Shown: in pieces, positions 26,583-35,925 of the stretch
Layout of the letters: each line of letters starts with the position of its first letter
How positions within the stretch are numbered: position 1 is the first letter of the stretch
NCBI GenBank assembly: GCA_020632075.1
Contig: JACKGH010000001.1
Coordinates: forward strand, 857,778 to 921,777
DNA length: 64,000 nt
Reading direction: 5' to 3'
Source of the DNA: Candidatus Nomurabacteria bacterium
GTDB taxonomy: Bacteria > Patescibacteriota > Minisyncoccia > Phycocordibacterales > UBA918
Notes under the pieces: generated by a model
Seen by the model: the letters and a program-made list of their open reading frames with translations, nothing else
Told to the model about the DNA's origin: nothing
The model's database searches: none
Position numbers and translations under genes: made by a program

Positions 26583-28331
26583 GTGCGAATCCAAGACGAA
26601 CAACTCAAGCGATTCATTCTCGATGCAGGGCTTATTACCAAGTCCGATCTCTCGGCTGCTGAAAAGATCGCGAAAGAGGAAGAGCGAACGCTGAGCGAGG
26701 CGCTCATTGCACATGGCCACATGACCGAAGACGACATGCGCCGGATCGAGGCGTATGTGCTTGGTATTCCATTCGTGTCACTTAAAGAACAAAAGATCGA
26801 TTTCGAGACCCTTACCCTCATTCCAGAGCCAGTCGCTCGTACACACAATATTATTGCGTACAAAAAGAGTGAAGATACGCTTGAGGTGGCGATGCTTGAT
26901 ACGGCTGACCTTCCAGCGATCGACTTCATTAAGAAGAAAGTAGGATTGCGAATTCAGCCTCGTTTGACCGACACTGAATCAATGCGAGCCGCGCTGCGGC
27001 AGTACCAGAAGACGCTCAAAGATGAATTCGGCGACCTCATCATGAAGGATGCGTCTGAGCTGAAGGTGGTCAATGAAGATGGGGAAGAGATCAGTGAGAA
27101 AGACCTCAAGCAAATGGCTGAGGATTTGCCGGTGGTGCGTATTGTCGATACGCTCCTGCGTCACGCGATCATTCAGGGTGCGTCCGATATTCATATTGAA
27201 CCAATGGAAGCTGAAGTGTTGGTGCGGTATCGTACTGACGGTATTTTGCATGACGCAATGAAGCTGCCTAAGATCGCTGCCGATAGTATCGTGGCGCGAC
27301 TCAAGGTGCTTTCTAATCTCAAGCTCGATCAGAAGCGTCTACCACAAGACGGTCGTTTCAAGATGGAAATGGATGGTCAGAAAGTCGCATTTCGTGTTTC
27401 TATTCTGCCGATCTTCTATGGTGAAAAAGTGGTGATGCGTCTCTTGCGTGAGAATCGTAGTGGCTTTTCACTCGAAGGTATCGGATTCCATGGCAGCACC
27501 CTCGATCGAGTGCATCGCGCGACGCGTGCGACTACGGGTATCATTCTCGTGACTGGTCCGACTGGTTCTGGAAAGTCGACCACGCTCTATACAGTGCTTG
27601 ATATTTTGAATACACCAGAGGTGAATATTTCTACCATTGAAGACCCGATCGAGTACCAAATGCCGCGAGTAAACCAGTCACAGGTGAAGCCTGATATTGG
27701 GTTTACCTTTGCGGCTGGCCTTCGTTCACTCATGCGTCAGGACCCAGACATCATCATGGTCGGTGAGATCCGTGACGAAGAGACAGCGAGCTTGGCGATC
27801 AACGCGGCGCTTACTGGCCACTTGGTACTTGCGACGCTCCACACCAACTCAGCAGTAGGTACACTCGACCGGTTGGTTGATATGGGGGCTGAGTCGTTCT
27901 TGCTTGTGTCTACCCTGCGGGTTGCGGTTGGACAACGTCTCGTTCGTAGATTGGCAGATGACAAGCTACCATACATACTCACGAAGGCAGAGCGTGATGA
28001 ATTGGGCACCAAGGTGGATCTCGATAAGGTGCTAAAGTGCCTCAAAGAAGAAGGGGTAGTAAAAAACGAAGCAACTTGGAACGATGTGCAGTTCTATCAC
28101 CCCAAAGAAAAAGGTGCGACCGAAGATGGGTACAAGGGGAGAATGGGAATTCATGAAGTCCTTGAAATGTCTCCGACACTCAAAGATATGGTCATGGAAG
28201 GCAAGACAGGAGATGCTATTCAAGCACAAGCAGAAAAGGAGGGAATGCTGACAATGATTGAGGACGGCATCTTCAAGGCGGCGCAGGGATTAACAAGTAT
28301 TGAAGAAGTGTTGCGAGTTATCAATGAATAA
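26583..28331 (+). CDS. pilB: Type IV pilus assembly ATPase PilB (GspE family)
   Basis: GspE N-terminal domain, Walker A GPTGSGKST, Asp/His boxes, and a tetracysteine-less C-terminal domain. A GTG start is suggested by the ORF track. Confidence 0.85.
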   Translation: MRIQDEQLKRFILDAGLITKSDLSAAEKIAKEEERTLSEALIAHGHMTEDDMRRIEAYVLGIPFVSLKEQKIDFETLTLIPEPVARTHNIIAYKKSEDTLEVAMLDTADLPAIDFIKKKVGLRIQPRLTDTESMRAALRQYQKTLKDEFGDLIMKDASELKVVNEDGEEISEKDLKQMAEDLPVVRIVDTLLRHAIIQGASDIHIEPMEAEVLVRYRTDGILHDAMKLPKIAADSIVARLKVLSNLKLDQKRLPQDGRFKMEMDGQKVAFRVSILPIFYGEKVVMRLLRENRSGFSLEGIGFHGSTLDRVHRATRATTGIILVTGPTGSGKSTTLYTVLDILNTPEVNISTIEDPIEYQMPRVNQSQVKPDIGFTFAAGLRSLMRQDPDIIMVGEIRDEETASLAINAALTGHLVLATLHTNSAVGTLDRLVDMGAESFLLVSTLRVAVGQRLVRRLADDKLPYILTKAERDELGTKVDLDKVLKCLKEEGVVKNEATWNDVQFYHPKEKGATEDGYKGRMGIHEVLEMSPTLKDMVMEGKTGDAIQAQAEKEGMLTMIEDGIFKAAQGLTSIEEVLRVINE

Positions 28332-28337
28332 GTAGCT

Positions 28338-29567
28338 ATGACACAGTTTACATACACAGGTGAAGATACGAGTGGAACCAAGGTCTCTAATACGGTCGAG
28401 GCTGAAGATCGCTTTGCAGTGTATGCTATTGCTCGCTCGCAGGGTCATACAGTTGCTTCTATTAAAGAGAAACATGGTGCTGGATTTGGTCGGTTCCTAA
28501 ATATTGATAAAATAAATTTTTACTTGAATCGGGTAAGTGATGACGAGCTGATCATGTCGACCCGTAATCTCGGTTCAATGCTCGTAGCTGGTTTGACAGT
28601 ACCTCGAGCGTTGTCGGTGATAGAACGACAAAGCAAAAATCCGCGTCTCAAGGGCACCATGAAACGTTTGGTTGAGCGTATTAACCAAGGAGATCCGTTT
28701 CATGATGCACTTAGAGAATTCCCTAAAACGTTCAGTGATCTGTACGTTTCTATGATACGAGCAGGTGAGGAGAGTGGTAAGTTGGCTGAATCACTGCAGA
28801 CACTTGCGATCCAGATGGAACGTGCTAACAATCTTAAGAAAAAGATCAAAGGTGCCATGATCTATCCATCGATCGTCATCATTGTTATGGTGGTGATCGG
28901 TATTTTGATGATGATCTACGTAATGCCACAGATCACTGGTGTGTTTGAAGGTATGGATAAAGAATTGCCTGCTACCACAGAATTTCTCATTGCGACCAGC
29001 AATTTTCTTGTAGAGTATACGGTAGTGGCGATTGGGAGTATGATCGGTATTATCTTTGGATTCATATACTTTCTCCGTACAAAGTGGGGGAAGATAGCAT
29101 CGTCTTGGCTGGTGGTTCGATTACCAGTCATTGGAAAGTTGGCTAAAGAAGCTAATGCAGCCAGAACGGCACGTACTCTCTCCTCTTTGCTTGAGTCAGG
29201 TGTAGACATGATCCAGTCAGTTGAGATAACTGAGGAGGTGTTACAAAATGTCTATTACAAAGCTGTCTTGCGTGATGCTGCAAAGCGGGTTGAAAAAGGT
29301 ACTGCTCTTTCGGAGACTTTTATTGAAAGACAAGATCTTTACCCTGTATTGGTAGGGGAAATGATACTGGTTGGTGAGGAGACTGGTCAGATCGCGGGTA
29401 TGCTTGGTGAATTGGCGATCTTTTACGAGACTGAAGTAGAGCGAAAGACGAAAGACCTTTCAACGATCATAGAACCACTGCTTATGGTGGTCATCGGTGG
29501 TGGTGTTGGTTTCTTTGCTCTGGCTTTGATCGCGCCAATTTACTCGATCTCAGAAGGTATTGGATAA
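28338..29567 (+). CDS. pilC: Type IV pilus inner-membrane platform protein PilC (GspF family)
   Basis: Two GspF repeats and three TM segments. 409 aa, immediately downstream of pilB. Confidence 0.85.
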   Translation: MTQFTYTGEDTSGTKVSNTVEAEDRFAVYAIARSQGHTVASIKEKHGAGFGRFLNIDKINFYLNRVSDDELIMSTRNLGSMLVAGLTVPRALSVIERQSKNPRLKGTMKRLVERINQGDPFHDALREFPKTFSDLYVSMIRAGEESGKLAESLQTLAIQMERANNLKKKIKGAMIYPSIVIIVMVVIGILMMIYVMPQITGVFEGMDKELPATTEFLIATSNFLVEYTVVAIGSMIGIIFGFIYFLRTKWGKIASSWLVVRLPVIGKLAKEANAARTARTLSSLLESGVDMIQSVEITEEVLQNVYYKAVLRDAAKRVEKGTALSETFIERQDLYPVLVGEMILVGEETGQIAGMLGELAIFYETEVERKTKDLSTIIEPLLMVVIGGGVGFFALALIAPIYSISEGIG

Positions 29568-29574
29568 GTAAGGT

Positions 29575-31338
29575 ATGCTTTTGTGTAGACAAAAAGTAAA
29601 CACAGGAGGATTCTCGCTCGTAGAGGTTATTATTGTATCGGCGTTGACAGTGATCGTGTTCGGTGCAATGTTCGCCTCGTATCAGTATTCACTGCGAGTC
29701 TTGAATCATGCGCAAGCGAGATTGAGTGCCATGTCAGTTGCTCAGGATCGAATGGAGTACTTTCGTTCGTTGCCATATGATGAAGTGGGTGTTGTTGCAG
29801 GGTATCCAGCTGGTATCATTCCGCAAAACGGCACGACGACAATGAACGGTATTGAGTTTGTTGAACGTGTACGTGTTGATTACATTGACGATCCAGCAGA
29901 TGGCACAGCTGCGTCTGATAGTAACGGTATTATTTTGGATTATAAACGAGTGCGGCTTGAATATACGTGGAATATCGCTGGAGCAACTAGCAGTATACAG
30001 TTTATAAGTAACATTGTGCCGCGGTCAGTTGAGACGACCGCTGGAGGAGGTACAGCACGTATCAATGTAATTGATGCAGATGCGGGTTTGCTTCCAGGCG
30101 CAAGCGTCCGCTTGTATGGTTCTAGCTCTACCTTTCCGTATGATGTGACACAGTTTACAGATGCTTCTGGGGCGGCTTTGTTTAACGTACCAGCTGATAG
30201 TGGATATCAGGTTGAGGTGACCGCTAATTTATTCGGTGAGCAATATTCAACCGATGCAACATATGAAGCGACTACAAGTAATCCAAATCCAGTAGTTGCT
30301 CCGTTTACCGTACTTGAATCAGATGTTTCAACACTGACATTCCAAATCGGTGAATTAAGTGATCTTACGATCAAGACCTATTCTGACGTTACTGAAGGGC
30401 AGTTCAATGAAACCTTTGATGATCTTCTGGCGGTCGCTTCTAGTTCTGGTGTGGTCGGAAATGGTGACTTAGAGTTGTTTGATACTGCGGGTGTCTATGA
30501 AACGAGTGGATATGTCTTTTTAGGACCAATTACTCCTGTGCCGGTTTTAGAGTGGCAGACACTGCGGGTGTCTGCTGACACGCCAGTGAATACAAGTTAT
30601 AAGATACAGTTCTTTACTGGTGCTGGTGCAGGTCCGTATACACTGATCCCAAATGCCGATCTTCCTGGTAATAGCACGGGGTTTGTGGGTTCAATAACGG
30701 ATATTTCTGTACTCGACGTGGTGACGTACCCCTCAGTGTTTGTTGGTATTGCATTAAGTACAGCGAACACAACAGTGACACCAGAAGTGGAGGAAGTCGC
30801 TGTATTTTATCGTCAGTCTGAGACAGCCCTCGCAAACGCCACAGCCAATTGGCACGGACTCAAGGTGATTGGAACAGATGCACTGCTCGCTCCAATTTAC
30901 AAACTCAGTACTACGACCACTACCAATGGTGCTGGTATGCGTACGGTGTCAGACCTTGAGTTTGATACATACACTTTTGATTTTACTGGTGATGGATTTG
31001 ACATTGCCTCTGGTTGCGCAACCCATCCGTTTGTTCATGAAGCAGGAGTAGACGGTGAAGTAAATTTTGTTTTAGTTGGAAATGCCGCTAATACTCTCCG
31101 GGTACATGTCGTGGATTCTTTAGACCGATCAATTCCAGGAGCTTCTGTGCAGCTCATACGGACTGGTTACGATGTGACACAATCGACGGATAGTTGCGGC
31201 CAGACATTTTTCACCGGTGGAGTCGGTGCGTTTGCAGACTACAAGATCAATGTAAATGCAGTTGGGTATATCACGGAAAATGTCGATCCATTTGAAGTCG
31301 CTGGTGACGCAGTCACAAAGGTAATACTTACAGAGTAA
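29575..31338 (+). CDS. Large prepilin-like protein (type IV pilin/pseudopilin N-terminus with a 550-aa extracellular domain)
   Basis: Class III signal TGG|FSLVEVIIVSALTVIVFGAMF (G-F cleavage context, Glu at +5). Confidence 0.7.
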   Translation: MLLCRQKVNTGGFSLVEVIIVSALTVIVFGAMFASYQYSLRVLNHAQARLSAMSVAQDRMEYFRSLPYDEVGVVAGYPAGIIPQNGTTTMNGIEFVERVRVDYIDDPADGTAASDSNGIILDYKRVRLEYTWNIAGATSSIQFISNIVPRSVETTAGGGTARINVIDADAGLLPGASVRLYGSSSTFPYDVTQFTDASGAALFNVPADSGYQVEVTANLFGEQYSTDATYEATTSNPNPVVAPFTVLESDVSTLTFQIGELSDLTIKTYSDVTEGQFNETFDDLLAVASSSGVVGNGDLELFDTAGVYETSGYVFLGPITPVPVLEWQTLRVSADTPVNTSYKIQFFTGAGAGPYTLIPNADLPGNSTGFVGSITDISVLDVVTYPSVFVGIALSTANTTVTPEVEEVAVFYRQSETALANATANWHGLKVIGTDALLAPIYKLSTTTTTNGAGMRTVSDLEFDTYTFDFTGDGFDIASGCATHPFVHEAGVDGEVNFVLVGNAANTLRVHVVDSLDRSIPGASVQLIRTGYDVTQSTDSCGQTFFTGGVGAFADYKINVNAVGYITENVDPFEVAGDAVTKVILTE

Positions 31339-31340
31339 CT

Positions 31341-31955
31341 ATGATGTGTTTCCAAATCAACAGGCAAGCAGGAATGACATTTGTTGAGATGATCGTGGTT
31401 ATCAGTATTGCGTCAATTCTACTGCTTGTTATCACAAACAGTATTGTGAATTTGTATCGTAGCAACTCAGTAGCACTGGCGCAGTCAGGTGAGGTTGAGC
31501 AAGCACGGCGCGGTATGACTGAGTGGTCTCAGGATGTTAAAGAAATGACGAACGCAGAAGATGGTACTTTTCCTGTTGCGATCATTGACGAACACCACTT
31601 CGGGTACTATAGCGACACAGACCTAGACAGTACGGTTGAGTATGTTGAATACATCCTGGCAACGACAACGTTGCGAAAGTATACCTACGACCCTACCGGG
31701 TCTCCGGCGACGTATGACCTTACGACTCCTGATTCAACGGAGATCCTTTCATTGTATGTTCAAAATATTAATCAGGGCACCTCAACGTTCTTCTACTATG
31801 ATAATGTTGGCAACCAGTTGAGTTCTACGTCGCCAATAATTGACGTGCGGTACATCAAAGCGCAATTCATTATTAATATTGATCCGAATCGTACTCCAGG
31901 TCAGTTTATGCTCAGGTCAAGTATTGCACCTCGTAATCTAAAGGATAATCTATAG
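31341..31955 (+). CDS. Prepilin-type minor pilin
   Basis: N-terminal QAGMTFVEMIVVISIASILLLVI is a prepilin methylation motif. Confidence 0.7.
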   Translation: MMCFQINRQAGMTFVEMIVVISIASILLLVITNSIVNLYRSNSVALAQSGEVEQARRGMTEWSQDVKEMTNAEDGTFPVAIIDEHHFGYYSDTDLDSTVEYVEYILATTTLRKYTYDPTGSPATYDLTTPDSTEILSLYVQNINQGTSTFFYYDNVGNQLSSTSPIIDVRYIKAQFIINIDPNRTPGQFMLRSSIAPRNLKDNL

Positions 31956-31959
31956 ACAT

Positions 31960-33384
31960 ATGGAACACTATCGCTCCTCACATCAATCACCTGGGTATCT
32001 GCTAGTATTAGTATTGGTCTTTGGGGCAGTTTTTTTGGTGCTGATCTCGTCTTTTGTTGGGTATGTGATCACGCAGAATCAAGTGGTGAAGTTTCGGTAT
32101 GATCAAGCGCGAGCTACTGAGATTGCTGAGGCAGGATTGAATTACTACAAATGGTTTTTAGCACATTATCCAGATGATGTGACAGATGGAACTGGATTAC
32201 CTGGACCGTATGTACATGTTTATAATGACCCAGAAGGGGGAGTGGTCGGTGAATTCTCCTTATCTGTCTCAAGTAGTACTTATTGTGGTAGTGTTTCGGC
32301 AATCACTGTTGAGTCGGCAGGTCATACATACGACGATCCAACTGCGGTGAGTGTGGTTAGTGCGCGATATGCAAAGCCAACAGTTGCCGAGTATTCATTT
32401 ATTACCAACAGTGCTGTCTGGTATGGTAGTGATCGAGTGATCACTGGGCCGGTACATTCAAATCAGGGTATTAGAATGGACGGATCACACAACTCTTTCG
32501 TTGGTAGTGGGATTCCAGATTGGACTTGTACTAGTTCATTTGGCTGTAGTCCAGACCAGACTGTAGACGGGGTGTATACCACTAGTGGCAATGCCACTCC
32601 AGGGTTATTTTCCTTCCCTATTTCGCCGGTTGATTTTGCTGGTATCACACTGGATTTAAGCGACATGAAAGACCGCGCACAAAATAGTGGAGGGATTTAC
32701 TATGGACCTTCAGGAGGATATGGATATAGAGTTACTTTTAATAGCAATGATACAGTTACGATACGACGTGTTAACAACACAAGTACGTATTGGGCTTATT
32801 CAGACACTGAGGGATGGCATACGTCTGAACGAAATGTGATCAGCAATACGACTTTGTTGGGTACAGTGGCGATCAATGCCAGTTGTCCACTTTTGTATTT
32901 TGAGGATAAGGTTTGGATAGAAGGTGACATTGGCATGAAGGTGGCGCTTGCTGCTGCTAATCTCTCTTTGGGTGCGCAGACAAATATTGTGATCAATAGT
33001 GACGTTGAATATGTGCCAGGTACTCAAGCTGGCCTCATCGCTATCGCTGAGGACGACATAGATATCGGCCTCATTGTGCCAGATAACATGCGAGTGGATG
33101 GTATATATGTTGCACAAAATGGTCGTTTTGGTCGCAATCATTACAGCACCTCGAATCTTAGTGGCTCCCTTGATCCATACGTGAAGCGAGACACTTTAAC
33201 TCGTTTCGGTAGTGTGGTCTCAAATGGTCGAGTTGGTACAAAGTGGACAAGCGGAGGAGTGTGGGTCTCAGGATTTGATAATCGGTATACATCGTTTGAT
33301 ACTGATCAAGTTGACGATCCTCCTCCTCTCACTCCAGAGATATCTGACGTGTACGATTTTACAGATTGGCGACAAGAAGGATAA
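31960..33384 (+). CDS. Pilus-associated protein with an N-terminal TM anchor (PilX-like minor pilin or tip protein?)
   Basis: N-terminal hydrophobic helix YLLVLVLVFGAVFLVLISSFVGYVI but no canonical G|F/M...E. Operon position is after the pilins. Confidence 0.4.
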   Translation: MEHYRSSHQSPGYLLVLVLVFGAVFLVLISSFVGYVITQNQVVKFRYDQARATEIAEAGLNYYKWFLAHYPDDVTDGTGLPGPYVHVYNDPEGGVVGEFSLSVSSSTYCGSVSAITVESAGHTYDDPTAVSVVSARYAKPTVAEYSFITNSAVWYGSDRVITGPVHSNQGIRMDGSHNSFVGSGIPDWTCTSSFGCSPDQTVDGVYTTSGNATPGLFSFPISPVDFAGITLDLSDMKDRAQNSGGIYYGPSGGYGYRVTFNSNDTVTIRRVNNTSTYWAYSDTEGWHTSERNVISNTTLLGTVAINASCPLLYFEDKVWIEGDIGMKVALAAANLSLGAQTNIVINSDVEYVPGTQAGLIAIAEDDIDIGLIVPDNMRVDGIYVAQNGRFGRNHYSTSNLSGSLDPYVKRDTLTRFGSVVSNGRVGTKWTSGGVWVSGFDNRYTSFDTDQVDDPPPLTPEISDVYDFTDWRQEG

Positions 33385-33390
33385 ATGATT

Positions 33391-33427
33391 GAAAACGGCG
33401 GGGTCACGAAGTGACCCCGCCGTTTTC
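33391..33427 (+). terminator. Hairpin terminator (possibly partial; tpiA follows directly)
   Basis: GAAAACGGCGGGGTCACGAAGTGACCCCGCCGTTTTC. Confidence 0.55.
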
Positions 33428-33448
33428 TGCGTGGTACAATCATCACGT

Positions 33449-34207
33449 ATGAAAAAAACCACCCCCTTGATCGTCGGTAACTGGAAACTCAATCCAGTAA
33501 CGCTGACCGATGCAGCTGCTTTAGGACAAGCTGTGGCAAAATCACGCAAGGCAATTCCGGAACCGTATGTTGCGGTTGCGCCGTCGTTTCCATATCTCGC
33601 TGAAGTTGGGAAGAAGATCAAGAAGAGTACTGTAGCGCTAGCAGCACAGGATGTGTTCTACGAACCAGTTGGACCGTTTACGGGGGAGGTGTCAGTTCCG
33701 CAACTTAAGGATCTTGATGTTGCTTTTGTGATCATTGGTCACTCAGAACGCCGCGCCCTGGGAGAAACTGATGAACAAGTCGCCAAAAAAGTCCTTGCAG
33801 TTTTGAAGCATCAACTTACGCCGATTGTGTGTATCGGTGAACGTGAGCGTGATGAACATGGTCACTTCTTTACCTTTGTAGAGTCGCAGCTCCGGAGCTT
33901 GGCGAGCGTGCTTACATCAGTACAGATTAAAAAGGTAGTGATCGCATACGAGCCGATCTGGGCGATCGGCACCGGTAATACCGCTACTCCAGATGATGTA
34001 AAAGAAATGCAGCTTTTTATTGAAAGTGTTTTGACAAAACTGTACGACCGCCCAACAGCAAAGAAAGTACGTTTGCTCTATGGTGGCTCAGTAAAGCCGC
34101 AGAATGCAGCTGAGCTCCACAAGGTAGGTGACATGCAAGGTTTCTTGGTTGGCGGCGCGAGTCTCAAGGCGGCTGATTTTGCAGCGATTATTACAGCAGT
34201 AAGTTAA
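33449..34207 (+). CDS. tpiA: Triosephosphate isomerase
   Basis: LIVGNWKLN, HSERR and AYEPIWAIGTG motifs. Start set at MKKTTPLIVGNWK. Confidence 0.9.
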   Translation: MKKTTPLIVGNWKLNPVTLTDAAALGQAVAKSRKAIPEPYVAVAPSFPYLAEVGKKIKKSTVALAAQDVFYEPVGPFTGEVSVPQLKDLDVAFVIIGHSERRALGETDEQVAKKVLAVLKHQLTPIVCIGERERDEHGHFFTFVESQLRSLASVLTSVQIKKVVIAYEPIWAIGTGNTATPDDVKEMQLFIESVLTKLYDRPTAKKVRLLYGGSVKPQNAAELHKVGDMQGFLVGGASLKAADFAAIITAVS

Positions 34208-34212
34208 AACAC

Positions 34213-35331
34213 ATGAAAGACATCACAAAGGCAGGCGATCTCCGCGGGAAGTATGTACTGCTTCGTTCATCACTCAATATTCCTCTGAAGGACGGTAAGG
34301 TACAGAATCACGTACGCCTTGAGCGCGCACTGCCAACTATGCGGTATCTCAAAGAGCATGGAGCGAAGACAATTATGATAGCTCACATCGGACGTGACCC
34401 GGAGGAAACGCTCAAGCCAGTCTTTGATGAAATGCAACGGTATCAGTCCGTGCATTGGGGCGGTGATGTGCTCGGTGATGAATTTAAAGAGCGGCGCGAG
34501 TTGATGGCAGAGGGAGATATCTTGCTGGCAGAGAACATCCGCCAACATGAGGGTGAGACAGAAAACGATGCAGCGTTTGTTGAGCAGCTTGCTGCTTTGG
34601 CAGACATCTACGTAAATGACGCGTTTGCAGCGGCACATCGTGAGCACGCATCGACCTACGGTGTTGCTTTAAAATTGCCAGCGTATGCAGGACTGACTTT
34701 TGTGGAAGAAGTCGATCACTTGCGAAAGGTGCTTGATCCAGCTGCGCCAGCCCTTTTCATTCTTGGTGGTGCAAAGTTTGATACCAAAATGCCACTGGTT
34801 GAGAAGTTTCTCGATATCTATGAGCATGTATTTATTGGCGGGGCGCTGGCGAACGACATTTTGAAAGCACAAGGTCATGAAGTAGGGCAGTCTATGGTAT
34901 CTGAGGTGTCACTCGTCGATTCACCGATTGTGACCAATAAGAAATTGTTGGCGCCGATCGACGTGGTGGTGGATGGTTCTGAGGGTCGAGCAGTGAAGCG
35001 ACCTGATCAGGTCACGAAAGAAGAAAAGATCTTGGATGTGGGACCAATGACGATCGACATGTTGGCTACGTACATCGAAAAAGCAGAAACGATACTCTGG
35101 AATGGACCGCTTGGAGCGTACGAGCTTGGATACACACAGGCGACAGAGATAACAGCGCGACACATTGCTGGGGCAGAAGGGTATTCAGTCATTGGTGGTG
35201 GGGACACTGTGGCTGCGGTAGAGAAATTGCAGATCAATGAGTGTTTTGGATTTGTGTCGATCGCTGGTGGTGCGATGTTAGCTTTTTTGGAGCATGGGAG
35301 CACCTCGGTGGTTGATTTGTTTTTGGAGTAA
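34213..35331 (+). CDS. pgk: Phosphoglycerate kinase
   Basis: N-terminal PGK signature (VLLRSSLNIPLKDGKV...RLERALPTMRYL...IAHIGRD) and C-terminal GGGDT-type motif (VIGGGDTVAAV). Confidence 0.9.
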   Translation: MKDITKAGDLRGKYVLLRSSLNIPLKDGKVQNHVRLERALPTMRYLKEHGAKTIMIAHIGRDPEETLKPVFDEMQRYQSVHWGGDVLGDEFKERRELMAEGDILLAENIRQHEGETENDAAFVEQLAALADIYVNDAFAAAHREHASTYGVALKLPAYAGLTFVEEVDHLRKVLDPAAPALFILGGAKFDTKMPLVEKFLDIYEHVFIGGALANDILKAQGHEVGQSMVSEVSLVDSPIVTNKKLLAPIDVVVDGSEGRAVKRPDQVTKEEKILDVGPMTIDMLATYIEKAETILWNGPLGAYELGYTQATEITARHIAGAEGYSVIGGGDTVAAVEKLQINECFGFVSIAGGAMLAFLEHGSTSVVDLFLE

Positions 35332-35336
35332 GGAGT

Positions 35337-35371
35337 AAAACTGGCCGGCCCCGAAGGCGCCGGCCGTTTTC
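35337..35371. terminator. Bidirectional hairpin terminator
   Basis: AAAACTGGCCGGCCCCGAAGGCGCCGGCCGTTTTC between convergent pgk and the HIT gene. Confidence 0.65.
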
Positions 35372-35372
35372 T

Positions 35373-35771
35373 TTACAATGCAGTTTTGATCTGCTCAGCC
35401 TGCTCAGCTAGAACAGCATCATCAGCCGGTTCTGGTGTGCCTGAAATAGCAGCGCCAAGGCTTTGTTTTTCGGTCATTGGATAGAGCTTAATGTGTACGT
35501 GTGGTACCTCAAATCCCTCAACTACCAAGCAAGTGCGAAAGGTGCTGAATGCCTTATCAGAGGCTTTGGTTATTTTCTTCGCTACCGCAAAGATGTGTGC
35601 GTACGTTTCATCGTCGAGGTCAAAGGCATAATCAACTTCAACCTTTGGGATGACCAACGTTTGGCCTGAAATAGCCGGGAATTTATCCATTACCACGACG
35701 CAAACATCGTCTTCGTACACAAACTGAGATGGGATCTCACGATTGATAATTTTGGTGAAAATAGTGCTCAT
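35373..35771 (-). CDS. HIT-family nucleotide hydrolase/transferase
   Basis: Histidine triad VPHVHIKLYP. 132 aa. Confidence 0.8.
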   Translation of the reverse strand: MSTIFTKIINREIPSQFVYEDDVCVVVMDKFPAISGQTLVIPKVEVDYAFDLDDETYAHIFAVAKKITKASDKAFSTFRTCLVVEGFEVPHVHIKLYPMTEKQSLGAAISGTPEPADDAVLAEQAEQIKTAL

Positions 35772-35925
35772 ATGCTGAAGATGGTACCATGGTAATTCAA
35801 ATGTGACATCTTAGAATCATTTGACTACACTCTCGACTCGCTTGCTCCTTGCGCGCCCCAGCCAAACCCTCCCGCGCATAGTCGCTATCTCGCTGAGAGT
35901 GCAGCACAAATGCTTCTCAACCGTT

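Noticed and set aside
35821-35925. N-terminal 35-aa extension of RecJ in the ORF track (MTTLSTRLLLARPSQ...)
   Set aside because: The extension is Arg/Leu-rich without an RBS. The conserved RecJ N-terminus begins near MINYMSSYVFPDNS. I kept 35926 as the start but it remains uncertain.
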